From positions 141,189 to 205,188 of IMG/VR virus record IMGVR_UViG_3300032321_001270: a DNA stretch of 64,000 bases; one strand, written 5' to 3'. Below the pieces are notes generated by a model. That model ran no database searches. It was not told where the DNA came from and saw nothing but the letters and a program-made list of their open reading frames with translations. Positions 55,318-64,000 of the stretch are shown here, one piece after another. The translations under genes and the position numbers were made by a program. The stretch comes from a virus (lineage: Duplodnaviria; Caudoviricetes). Position 1 is the first letter of the stretch, and the number at the start of each line of letters is the position of its first letter.

Positions 55318-58300
55318 TTAGACAACTAAGTGCAGCTCAATGTTGTTGAGCGGCGCCGGGACAGTAAGGTCGAGCACGATTTCGATCCGATCCTTCAGCA
55401 GCGGGTGGATCTGCAGCGTACGGATAGATCCGTCGATGAGCTGCGAGCCCAGTTCTTCCGTGTTGCCGTTGGTCTTCAGGAAGTCGATGATCGCCTGTAC
55501 TTCGTACGACAGACGACGCACCATACCGTCCTGCGCGTTCGTACGGCCGATGAACGGCTTCAGACGGCGGTAGAACAGGTACGACATGCTGTCAACGTTA
55601 CGACGAATCATTTCTTCCCTACGATTCAGATCGAGGTTATCGGTCGTGAGGCCGTGCCGTGTGAACGGTGTACCGTCACGATCCTCGGTCACAATCCACG
55701 TACCAGCTTCCGCCAGTCGGTTCAGCTGTGTCTCGTTGAAGTACTTGTAAGAACGCGTGTAGTCGTCAAAACCAGCAACCTCAACGTTTGTCAGCGGTTG
55801 GTGCGGAACCACGCCGGAGACAAGGCCGGCCAGCGCGGCAGCAAGGTAGTAACCCGGCTGCACGACACCAGCTTCTCCAACCTGATCGGGCCACACGGCG
55901 CACACACGACGGTTCGAGAGCGAACCGGCTTGCTGCACAATGTCTTCCACAACCTCGTTGCGATCTCGGTTGTGGAAGATTTCAACGCGCTGCGGCACCG
56001 TCACGGCGAAATCGCCGCCGGAATACAGCAGAAGTGTCGACTCGGAAATAACCTGATCAACAACGTACTCTTCGTACTGCTCTTCACCGAAACCGTCGAC
56101 CGTGTAGTTGTAACGGACGAGGTCGCCGGGGCGAACATCGTTGGTGATGAAGTAACCGTTGCCCGTCGTGACTGTTAGCCGCGTGTATTGCGTGTTGGTC
56201 GCGTTCGGGTCGTCAGACAGCGTCGCCAAAACCGGCTCCGCTACTTCCTCACCGAGCACACCCTGCACAGCAACACCTTGACCAGCAACCTTCGCTACCG
56301 GGTGCGACTTCAGCGCGAAGAAACCGGCCTTCCAGTTGTTGGCATACTCGTTCGACTCGCCGCCGATGTGCGCTGCCCACAGGTTTTGAATTCTGCGGTC
56401 AAACGTCATCGGAACGAGGTTGTACATATCGTCTCGGCCCTTGATGCGCTCAAGAACCTGTACCCACTTGTCGAGGTCCGGCCCGAGCGAGCGACCTTCC
56501 TCGTCAAATTTCTCGGGATCGGCGACGGCTGTGTACTTAACCACGGTGCCGTTGCTGTTGGAGAGCGCCTTGTAAACGCCCCACTTCAGCGGGTTATCGG
56601 GGTCAAGCTGGCCTTTGATGTTGTCGAGATCGGCAACGTCGCTGATCGAGTTGACCTCGTCGGCCAGCTCAGACAGCCATTCGCGATATTCGACATACAC
56701 TTTGCCGGACATGACGTTAAGGGGTTGCTCAGCGCCAGCGCTTGTCCACTCAGGGTGGTAAGCAACGATGCCTTCCTGCACGCAAATCTGCGTATCCTCG
56801 TACCAGAAGTTCGTCATCGGCGCAAAGCCGATTCGGTTCTTCGAGATTTGGATATCGTCTTTGATGAACAACTTAAGATCCATATCTTCGCCGCTGATCA
56901 GCTGGCAGGTCGCCGAAGCGCCTGCGCCAGCTTCGCTCGGAGCCGCAATCGTGATCGTCGGGGCCGATGTATAACCAGAACCACGGTTTGTAACCACAAT
57001 AGCGACAACCTTGTCGTTGTTCGTACCGACAATGCTGCCGAGTACCGCGTAGCCGGTAGCCCGAACATTTTGCACGAGGTTGCCAGTCGGGGCCGAGAAC
57101 GTCACAGGCGGTGCGACAGTGTAACCACCACCGGCGGCTGTGATGCTGACCGGACCAACTTTGTCAACCGGCGAGTTATCCTGCGTAAGCAGCGACGTCG
57201 GGAGGTCATCGCGGAGGATGAGTTTGCGCACCGGGCCAGCCTTGCTGGAGTTCACGGTGATGTACCACTTGTCACCCTTTCGCAGGCCGGGAACAGCGTA
57301 GCTATCTTCTTGGTCTGAAACAGCCGCAAAAAGAACCTTAACGCCATTTGTACCGATCGACACCGAGACGGCGTTTTCGCCGACTCCGTCGCCGGTTACT
57401 TCGGTCGGGCCAGAGAAATCGAGACCCTTGACCGTGCGTACAGTGATTTCCGGCAGTTCGGACCAGAGGCCGCCCTTGGTGCACTCAATCACATACGTAT
57501 CGTTCTTGGCGCCCGTATACTTGCCAAGAATATCAACGTGGCCCATCACGCCGTCCACCGACGTTTCAGTCGAGTAAACGCCGTCAGCGTCCGATACCGC
57601 TTTGACTTTTTCATATGTCTGATGGATGTCAAATTTCCACTTCTGGCCGACCACAAACTGATCAGCGCCCGAAGTTGTGAAACGAACTGACAGGCCGCGT
57701 GTACCGACAAATGTCACGCCGTCAGCGTCGTCAAAGTCGTTTGGCTGGATTTCGGCTACGTCGTCTGTGCCGCTACCGGAGATAACCCGGAGGCGGGCAG
57801 CGTTGCAACCCAAAATTGTGCTCTTGATAACTTCAACAACGTACTCTTCTTCAACGTAGCCAGAAACAAGGCCGTTGTAGTCGTTAGCACCTTCGTCATC
57901 GGAGGTCAGCACGGTGACCGCAACAGCGTTGTCAACACCCTCGATCTGCGTGACACTTACGTCAACGCCACTGGGGCTTTGAGCGCTATAGCTGTCTTGG
58001 TTATTAACGTCCGATACAGCCGGAAGAATACGCGACGGAACAAGGTCGCTGGCGAAACCGGTAACGTAAGTCTCCAGTACCGTCTCTTCACAGTCGTTGT
58101 CGGCGCTAACAGTGCGCAGACGCACAACGTCGCCGAGCTGAACATCACGATCAAAAAACACACCCGTCGAGCGCGGGTAGGCAACGCCGTTCGACTTGAA
58201 CGACAGCGTGCTCGACTGGATCCAGTTCATCTTGCCGGGAACGGCAGTGATTGTGGTGTCGCTCTCGCCCATGTTGTGGGCATAGTACTGCAGCATGGCG

Positions 58301-58551
58301 TCGTCGATGTAGACCTTGACGTAAGGCAGGTCGACAACGGAACCGGGCAGCCGCTGCGGCCACGGGTAGCAGGTGTCAGCAAGCCGGTCATACTGACCGA
58401 GCATCGCGTGCTTCTTTTCATCAGCAACGCTATAGCGATGAAGAACAGCGTGCGGGCCAGCGATGTGGGCGCGCAGCGGCTCCGTGATCTCCGTGGGGAC
58501 GATACGGAACTCTTGGAAGACTAATACTTGTGGTTTAACGTAGCTCGACAT
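55318..58551 (-). CDS. Tail sheath protein with multiple inserted domains
   Basis: C-terminal HGLTT...EEMI.RNVD...FIGR.N...P.PLNNI.L; GGAGG RBS. Confidence 0.85.
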   Translation of the reverse strand: MSSYVKPQVLVFQEFRIVPTEITEPLRAHIAGPHAVLHRYSVADEKKHAMLGQYDRLADTCYPWPQRLPGSVVDLPYVKVYIDDAMLQYYAHNMGESDTTITAVPGKMNWIQSSTLSFKSNGVAYPRSTGVFFDRDVQLGDVVRLRTVSADNDCEETVLETYVTGFASDLVPSRILPAVSDVNNQDSYSAQSPSGVDVSVTQIEGVDNAVAVTVLTSDDEGANDYNGLVSGYVEEEYVVEVIKSTILGCNAARLRVISGSGTDDVAEIQPNDFDDADGVTFVGTRGLSVRFTTSGADQFVVGQKWKFDIHQTYEKVKAVSDADGVYSTETSVDGVMGHVDILGKYTGAKNDTYVIECTKGGLWSELPEITVRTVKGLDFSGPTEVTGDGVGENAVSVSIGTNGVKVLFAAVSDQEDSYAVPGLRKGDKWYITVNSSKAGPVRKLILRDDLPTSLLTQDNSPVDKVGPVSITAAGGGYTVAPPVTFSAPTGNLVQNVRATGYAVLGSIVGTNNDKVVAIVVTNRGSGYTSAPTITIAAPSEAGAGASATCQLISGEDMDLKLFIKDDIQISKNRIGFAPMTNFWYEDTQICVQEGIVAYHPEWTSAGAEQPLNVMSGKVYVEYREWLSELADEVNSISDVADLDNIKGQLDPDNPLKWGVYKALSNSNGTVVKYTAVADPEKFDEEGRSLGPDLDKWVQVLERIKGRDDMYNLVPMTFDRRIQNLWAAHIGGESNEYANNWKAGFFALKSHPVAKVAGQGVAVQGVLGEEVAEPVLATLSDDPNATNTQYTRLTVTTGNGYFITNDVRPGDLVRYNYTVDGFGEEQYEEYVVDQVISESTLLLYSGGDFAVTVPQRVEIFHNRDRNEVVEDIVQQAGSLSNRRVCAVWPDQVGEAGVVQPGYYLAAALAGLVSGVVPHQPLTNVEVAGFDDYTRSYKYFNETQLNRLAEAGTWIVTEDRDGTPFTRHGLTTDNLDLNRREEMIRRNVDSMSYLFYRRLKPFIGRTNAQDGMVRRLSYEVQAIIDFLKTNGNTEELGSQLIDGSIRTLQIHPLLKDRIEIVLDLTVPAPLNNIELHLVV

Positions 58552-58651
58552 GCGTCAGCCTCCGTGCCTAAAAAACTTGTGTGCGGTATGGCGTTCAGGT
58601 CGTAGTATACACAACTACTTATTTGCAAAAAACACCCCACCGTAAATTTCA

Positions 58652-59362
58652 TTAACAAGACAGTAAATCTGATGCCTTGAAGACAATCCGCTTTAGGCGC
58701 GGCGCATACGGCTGGAGCGTCCAAGCTTCCTCGGCAACGTATGCAACAGTCACAGGAACGGCATATCCCTGAACGACCTCTTGAACTTCTCCTATGCCGC
58801 CTACCTCGGCGACGTAAAAACGGAATAAATCCATTTGTTCGCGAATCAGCGGCGAAAAGTTTACGAGAAACTTTATAACCTCTGTCGCCAAAAATTCTGT
58901 TTCTGCGCCGGCGGAACTAAGGCAATACAACGTATGACTGCCTTCCCAAATTCCGGCGTAACTTACAGCTCCAGTATAATCGTTTGACGTTACGATGTCA
59001 CCAATAGTTTGTTTTTGCCATTTCCAGCCGTTTCTTTTAATAAGTACAGCCGGACGTTTATCGGCGGTATTTGGCGCCCAGCGGGTGATACTTTCAATCA
59101 AAAGACCGCCTTTGTTATCACCAGCGTCTGACGGTCGCCACGCCCCCAGCGTTTCTACGTGCCGGCGAATGCGCGGCTCTTCTATATTATCTGGGTCCGA
59201 AAAGTGCCCAATTAATAGTTGGCGTAACAAACCCGTCATGACGTGCGGCCGCATGCCGTAAGAGCACAGCGAACTGACCCTATCGACCCGGTTTTCTGGT
59301 TGACTGCCGGCCGGGAACTGAGATTCAATTTCCGGCGGATTTGGTTCGTCGCAGGTACTCAC
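58652..59362 (-). CDS. Tail terminator/neck protein (gp15-like)
   Basis: RPA.LIKR pattern; position between neck and sheath; start uncertain. Confidence 0.5.
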   Translation of the reverse strand: MSTCDEPNPPEIESQFPAGSQPENRVDRVSSLCSYGMRPHVMTGLLRQLLIGHFSDPDNIEEPRIRRHVETLGAWRPSDAGDNKGGLLIESITRWAPNTADKRPAVLIKRNGWKWQKQTIGDIVTSNDYTGAVSYAGIWEGSHTLYCLSSAGAETEFLATEVIKFLVNFSPLIREQMDLFRFYVAEVGGIGEVQEVVQGYAVPVTVAYVAEEAWTLQPYAPRLKRIVFKASDLLSC

Positions 59363-59480
59363 TGAGTTTGTCCTTTTTATTGACCAGCGAAACTATCACT
59401 TTTTCAAACAGTTTGATTTTACCGGGCCGGATGTCGACCTTGTCTAATTTTGGCTCAGCCGGGTTTTTACGCTTAGCCAT
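59325..59480 (-). CDS. Small basic protein (51 aa, MAKRKNPAEPKLDKVDIRPGK...)
   Basis: TAATG coupling with upstream stop; below the ORF-track length cutoff. Confidence 0.5.
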   Translation of the reverse strand: MAKRKNPAEPKLDKVDIRPGKIKLFEKVIVSLVNKKDKLSEYLRRTKSAGN

Positions 59481-60784
59481 TAGATATCCCAAAAGCTATC
59501 AGGATTGGGGTTGTTATCGCAAAGTTTGAATTCTTCGGGTGTTGCAAGTGGGCGGCCACTTTCTGTCATTAACAGTATCGGGTCTCCGTCGTCTGTAGTA
59601 TCTCCGAGTGCGGCGGTTGGCGTCCACGTACAAGCAAGGGTTGCGCCGGGGGCCGAAACATTAATAAAGTCTACATCGGGCCCGTACTCGCCGAGCTTTT
59701 CATATACAACAGCGTAGTCACCGGGATCCAGCGCAATAGATTGCGCCCAGCGCCCGTTTGCCGTTGTGGTTGTTGAACCCAACGCAAGATTTTTTGGTGT
59801 CGCCAGCCCGGTTACATCAAATACGTCTTTCAAAAATACGTATAACGTCGCGCCCTGAATTGGGCAGCCGGCGGAATCTGTGTACGCGTAACGGTCATTG
59901 CCGCTGTGATTCTGGTCAACCGGCACGGAACCGCAGCCAGCGATCGGTAACGTCGGTCCTACACGTTCCGCTGGTTCGCCGCCAACTTCGATTGCGTACG
60001 CTGTGTTACTGAGCGGCAACAAGCCCATCTGAATTTGATAAATAATCGGCACGTTACGGATAGCCGCTGCAATTTGAATCGTCTCAACTAGCCACCGCTC
60101 ATCGCTTGAGCCATTAACCCATATGTCGTTTTTGTTAATTGCCGGAAAGCCGATTACCCGAGCTGTAATGTACGGGTTTTCGCGTGTGATGCCCTTTAAC
60201 TGCGCGTCTACACCTTCTTGAACTGTCTGGGTTGATAAGTCCCAGCACTGCATAGAGAGTGGCGGGTGATAACCTACTTCAAAGCCTGTTCCGTTGCATA
60301 CAGGGCAATCAGAATCAATCACTTCTTGTGTTAGCTGATCGCGGCAACGGGCGCACGGATTCCCGAAACGATATGGCTTTAAAAGATAGCCGGGCACAGC
60401 GACGTATTTAAAACGCAGCTCTTCCTTGCGGATAACTTCGCGCGCAATTAACCAATCACGCTCGGGTAAGTCGCCATAGCAGTTAGCCGCTTGCGAAACG
60501 TATACGTCTGTCGGCGTGGTGAGAACGACGCGGTAGTGGTCAAGCAGGTCATAGCCGGCTTCACGCCACAACGGGTCATATGCCATGTACCCGTTTACAA
60601 CTGGTGCGCCGACGTTCACCCAGTCTACGGCGTCACGCAGGCCGGTTTTCCCGATCTGCAGCTGAAAGACATACGGGCCCGAGTCTTTAAAGTCGCGCTC
60701 AAGTTGCCACCAAACACGGGTAGTTCCGCGGACCATGTGATCCACCGAAACCCGGCGAAACGGAAAGATACGCGCCTGTGGCAT
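59480..60784 (-). CDS. Neck/head-closure protein with Zn finger and C-terminal Ig-like domain
   Basis: PCARC...SDCPVCNGTGFEVGY motif; head-tail module position. Confidence 0.6.
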   Translation of the reverse strand: MPQARIFPFRRVSVDHMVRGTTRVWWQLERDFKDSGPYVFQLQIGKTGLRDAVDWVNVGAPVVNGYMAYDPLWREAGYDLLDHYRVVLTTPTDVYVSQAANCYGDLPERDWLIAREVIRKEELRFKYVAVPGYLLKPYRFGNPCARCRDQLTQEVIDSDCPVCNGTGFEVGYHPPLSMQCWDLSTQTVQEGVDAQLKGITRENPYITARVIGFPAINKNDIWVNGSSDERWLVETIQIAAAIRNVPIIYQIQMGLLPLSNTAYAIEVGGEPAERVGPTLPIAGCGSVPVDQNHSGNDRYAYTDSAGCPIQGATLYVFLKDVFDVTGLATPKNLALGSTTTTANGRWAQSIALDPGDYAVVYEKLGEYGPDVDFINVSAPGATLACTWTPTAALGDTTDDGDPILLMTESGRPLATPEEFKLCDNNPNPDSFWDI

Positions 60785-60840
60785 AGTTTGACGTTACGGT
60801 CGGTTTAGCGTAATAAAAGTCTGTCAATCCACGCAAAACA

Positions 60841-61833
60841 TCAATAACGGATACGAAGCGCATCCGTATATCCGGCATACTTATACGCCGAAGAAACTTC
60901 TCCGTAGCAGCTCTCTAGATTGATGCTTGCCTTTGTAGCTCGCACCCAGTCGCGATAAGCTTGCCACCGAGCTTGGCCAGCACGTTCATAGCTGGCCTCT
61001 TTATTTTGGTCGTTAATTGACATACCGGCGGCTGTGTAATCGAACTGGTTACGCCGGAATTGTTCAGCGACCATCATGAACAGGTTGGCGCAAATTCCTT
61101 CGAGCCAATGATATCTAAAAGGAAACGACTGGGTATTAAACACAGCGTCGATCGGGGGCGGTACTTCATTCCAGTACATAACTGGCCGCGAAATAGCCAG
61201 CGCAATTTCAGCGTCGTCAAACATTAAATTATCTAACAAGAAACTTTCGCCGGGCGCAGAGTCACGCAGATGCAATCTAATTTCCGCGATACTTGGCGGC
61301 CCACCCGGCTGACCTACGCTGTCAAATGTGCTGCGAGAGATAACAACAGAAAACGTGTTTGAAAAAATGACGCATGGTTGGCCGTTTAACTGTGCGGGTA
61401 CGCTAACAAGCGCAATTTCTCCGTAATAAATACCCGGGACGCTCGTCATACCGGCGGTGAGCTGTACCGCAACCTTTCCGTTTTGCGGCTCTACCATAGT
61501 AGCCGGTAACTCCAAGGGCGCGTTTTGATTTCCGAGCGACAGCTGCTCTTTTAGCCGCATCACGATGACAAAGTCTTCGGACCCGGCGCAACTTGATAAA
61601 TCGACTGGTTTGCCGTCGCGGTCGTGCATAACCCACTCAACTGTGGCGCACTGACCTTGAGTCAGCGTGATTGCGCGCATGCGCGTTTGCAGCGGGCGGC
61701 CGTTAATCGTTGATACGGCGGCACTAATAACGTTCTGCCCGGCGCACGAAACCGGTGTGCTGTCTGCGCCGACGGTGCTGCCGTTGCAACACGGCACAAT
61801 GGGATGCTCAGCGGGAGTGGCAATGACGACCAT
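60841..61833 (-). CDS. Head-tail adaptor (neck 1) with N-terminal BppU-like beta domain
   Basis: IRLHLRD.....LL....F.D.EI; Q.DY.A.G.SI.D motifs; GGAGG RBS. Confidence 0.6.
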   Translation of the reverse strand: MVVIATPAEHPIVPCCNGSTVGADSTPVSCAGQNVISAAVSTINGRPLQTRMRAITLTQGQCATVEWVMHDRDGKPVDLSSCAGSEDFVIVMRLKEQLSLGNQNAPLELPATMVEPQNGKVAVQLTAGMTSVPGIYYGEIALVSVPAQLNGQPCVIFSNTFSVVISRSTFDSVGQPGGPPSIAEIRLHLRDSAPGESFLLDNLMFDDAEIALAISRPVMYWNEVPPPIDAVFNTQSFPFRYHWLEGICANLFMMVAEQFRRNQFDYTAAGMSINDQNKEASYERAGQARWQAYRDWVRATKASINLESCYGEVSSAYKYAGYTDALRIRY

Positions 61834-61865
61834 ATGTACCTCCGTGTGACAACTACAGTATAAAC

Positions 61866-61898
61866 AAAAAGGGCTGGCCGCTTACGCAGCCAGCCCTT
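61866..61898 (-). terminator. Rho-independent terminator after the capsid cluster
   Basis: GGGCTGGCTGC-GTAA-GCGGCCAGCCC-TTTTT (GNRA loop, U-tract). Confidence 0.85.
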
Positions 61899-61923
61899 CG
61901 TGAGTCAAACAGCTAAGTTAAAC

Positions 61924-62247
61924 TCAATTCCAACCCGTCGGCGGCGTAGTAGTGCCGAGAGTGTTGTTGTCGAGTTTAAGCTGGTCGCGGCTGCCGTCAG
62001 TCGCGTCCGTCAGGTAAACAGCCGGCGAGCTTACAATGTCGATCTTGTTCGTCTCAAGTGCTTTTTCAAGCGCCTTGAACTGCCGCTGGCCGCCGCGGCC
62101 GCCCTTGCCAAGCGTCGCCACGAGGTCGCCCGGAACCGTGTAGGTTTCGTTCGCCGCGAGACGCTTGCCATGAGCGCCGAGAAAACCGAACACGCGAGCA
62201 GCGCCCGACGTGTTCTTAACTGTCGTGTATAAACCGGGTACTGCCAT
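61924..62247 (-). CDS. Small virion protein
   Basis: GGAG RBS; downstream of MCP. Confidence 0.7.
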   Translation of the reverse strand: MAVPGLYTTVKNTSGAARVFGFLGAHGKRLAANETYTVPGDLVATLGKGGRGGQRQFKALEKALETNKIDIVSSPAVYLTDATDGSRDQLKLDNNTLGTTTPPTGWN

Positions 62248-62265
62248 TGTTATTTACTCCATTCT

Positions 62266-62652
62266 TCAAGATGCGCTTTGCAGAGCCGCAGCAGCCGCGG
62301 CCTGCAGGGTTAGCACGGCCTGAGCGATCTCAGGTGTGTTGGCCGCTACGTTAGCCGCGCCGCCGAAAGCAGCCGCCTTTTCAACTGTGCCGCCAAGGCC
62401 CGCGGCCGCAAGCATCTCGTCAAGCTGCTTGTTAGCAGCGTTGAGCGAAGATGCTTGCGCAGCCGCGACCTTTTCTTGCTCCGCCGTGTAGAGCACATGA
62501 AGCTTGGAAGCGGCCGACCACATTTCTGCGGCCTCGCCTTCCGAGCGCGGGGCAATCCCGTGCGCGGCAAGCTTCTCGAAGAAATACGGCGCGGCAAGTT
62601 CCGCCACGATGGTGGCATATGCTTGCTCTGCCGCCTCTTTAACGTTATCCAT
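62266..62652 (-). CDS. Ala-rich helical protein with K-x-A-A motifs (possible head internal/assembly protein)
   Basis: KEAA, KLAA, KVAA, KAAA; AAAGGAG RBS. Confidence 0.7.
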   Translation of the reverse strand: MDNVKEAAEQAYATIVAELAAPYFFEKLAAHGIAPRSEGEAAEMWSAASKLHVLYTAEQEKVAAAQASSLNAANKQLDEMLAAAGLGGTVEKAAAFGGAANVAANTPEIAQAVLTLQAAAAAALQSAS

Positions 62653-62687
62653 AACGTGCTCCTTTGGGTGTTAAATCCTACACGACA

Positions 62688-63614
62688 TTACTTGAAGTCA
62701 ACGCGGGCGAGACCGTTCGTATGGCCGAACGAGCCGCCGGACGTCTGGTACGCAAAGTACTCAAGCATGTAAGCCTCACGACGGATGTACATCGTGGTGG
62801 GCTCCAGCTCATAGTTCTTGCCGATAAACTTCGGCGAAGCGAACATGAACAGCGAATCATCAGGTACAAGATCCCGCTTGATCGTGACGATCCAGCGGCA
62901 GTTGAGGAAGTTGGTTTCCGCCCAACCGTTTTTGATGATGTCCTGCGAGAAGTCACCGCCCATTTCGTCGCGGCCGAACTTGAGGAGTTCCTTGATCGTG
63001 ATGTTATTCACGAGGCAAGTTTCAACCTCAAAGTGCGACGGCGTGCGCGGCATGACCTTCAGGGCGTCCACCAGCGTTTCGCGGGTGATACCACCGCTGA
63101 TCTCCTCGTACTGCACAACGCCGCTAGCGACGTTAGCAACACCAGCAGTCGGCAGCACGGCGTTGAAGGCGGCAATAAACTTGCCGTCCTCTTCAGCCAG
63201 CATGTCCTTGATCATGTTGTCGCTGAGAACCTGACGGATGTCGATGACATACGTGCGCAGTTCGTCGACGTCCTTCACAGCGCGGGGCGACACGATCCGG
63301 TCAAACATGACGCGGTAACGCGGGCCACGGATGTAAAAGTTGATCGGGAGTGTCGCAAACGGAAGCGACACAGCCGCCGGGGAATCGGGCTCCTTGTCCA
63401 CAACCTTGACGGGCTTGTCAGTGTCAACCTGACGGTCCAGCTCGTCGTTGGTGATGGTCAGCGGGGGCATAATCCGCCGATAGAACCCGTCTTCACGCAT
63501 CTTGGTGCGCGTGAAGTCGTTAACCGCATCAATGGCCTGCTTCTGCATGCCGGGGGTATCGAGCTGCTCAAACAGTGTCTCGTTGAGCAGTTGTACTTCT
63601 TGCTGTGTGGGCAT
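62688..63614 (-). CDS. Major capsid protein (compact HK97-fold)
   Basis: REDGF.RRI.PP; K...ELRTY..DIR.V..D...KD....ED.KF; position after decoration gene; GGAGG RBS favours start at 63614. Confidence 0.75.
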   Translation of the reverse strand: MPTQQEVQLLNETLFEQLDTPGMQKQAIDAVNDFTRTKMREDGFYRRIMPPLTITNDELDRQVDTDKPVKVVDKEPDSPAAVSLPFATLPINFYIRGPRYRVMFDRIVSPRAVKDVDELRTYVIDIRQVLSDNMIKDMLAEEDGKFIAAFNAVLPTAGVANVASGVVQYEEISGGITRETLVDALKVMPRTPSHFEVETCLVNNITIKELLKFGRDEMGGDFSQDIIKNGWAETNFLNCRWIVTIKRDLVPDDSLFMFASPKFIGKNYELEPTTMYIRREAYMLEYFAYQTSGGSFGHTNGLARVDFK

Positions 63615-63652
63615 TGTTGGAACCTCCATGTTCCTAGTAGTTAGTGGTTAAG

Positions 63653-64000
63653 TCAGTCGATAGTGGCAGCAGTGCCAGCGGGCAGGTAAACGCTCCAGAA
63701 CGAAAGCGTCTGGACACCGTTGTGGTTATTCGACGCGCCGCTGGAAACAACACCGCAGACCGCGTTGACATACTGGACAGCGCTTTGGTTCGTCAGAACG
63801 CCACCAGTGGACAGCGCGCTGGTCGATGTACCAGCTGTGAGCAAGTCACCCGGGGCATACGTCTGAGCCGTGTCGAATTCAGTCGTCGCAATCTCGTAAC
63901 CGCCGGTGGCAACAAGACCCGACAGCTTGCCGGACGGCGAAACTGCCTGATGCATGAATTTGCCGCCAGCTGTCGTGCCGGGGTTGCTGACGTCGGCATC
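63653..64000 (-). CDS. Head decoration/cement-like protein (5' truncated)
   Basis: Frame open to window edge (DADVSNPG...); YEIATTEFD..Y.PGD.L motif; directly upstream of MCP. Confidence 0.6.
   Translation of the reverse strand, partial: DADVSNPGTTAGGKFMHQAVSPSGKLSGLVATGGYEIATTEFDTAQTYAPGDLLTAGTSTSALSTGGVLTNQSAVQYVNAVCGVVSSGASNNHNGVQTLSFWSVYLPAGTAATID

Noticed and set aside
55330-57318. Long plus-strand ORFs (282 and 376 aa)
   Set aside because: Antisense shadows of the codon-biased sheath gene
36824-58551. Extracellular contractile injection system or tailocin instead of a phage
   Set aside because: Capsid, neck and terminase genes are present in the same window
62664-63644. 326-aa plus-strand ORF
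   Set aside because: Exact antisense shadow of the major capsid gene
1-64000. Alternative genetic code (stop-codon reassignment)
   Set aside because: Long genes are intact and tightly packed under the standard code, using TAA, TGA and TAG stops

Overview
The window is a 64-kb segment of a large contractile-tailed (myovirus-type) bacteriophage genome, almost entirely on the minus strand. The right part (about 21.9-64 kb) is a virion morphogenesis block. Read 5'->3' from the right edge it encodes: head decoration (partial), short HK97-fold major capsid, neck/head-tail proteins, a 1077-aa tail sheath, tube, 974-aa spike, tail chaperones with a probable -1 frameshift, 1560-aa tape measure, hub, an embedded sigma-70-family factor, baseplate wedge proteins, five tandem paralogous Cys-rich proteins, and two collagen-like fibres, one with about 17 Cys-rich repeats. 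The left part (1-21.6 kb) is an accessory/early region: a Ycf46-type AAA ATPase + DUF2997 + DUF1257 + DUF3150 module, dATP/dGTP diphosphohydrolase-like, GNAT, tRNA-Thr(UGU), pyrimidine-dimer glycosylase-like, acidic proteins, a degenerate primase/helicase-like protein and CsrA. Only three genes are on the plus strand. One is an isolated large terminase; the other two each share a single CATG tetramer as start codon with a divergent minus-strand gene. Several small genes resemble families I recall from Planctomycetota, suggesting such a host (inference). All family assignments come from motif recognition by eye, with no database searches. Some starts were refined from the ORF track using RBS and gene-overlap evidence.
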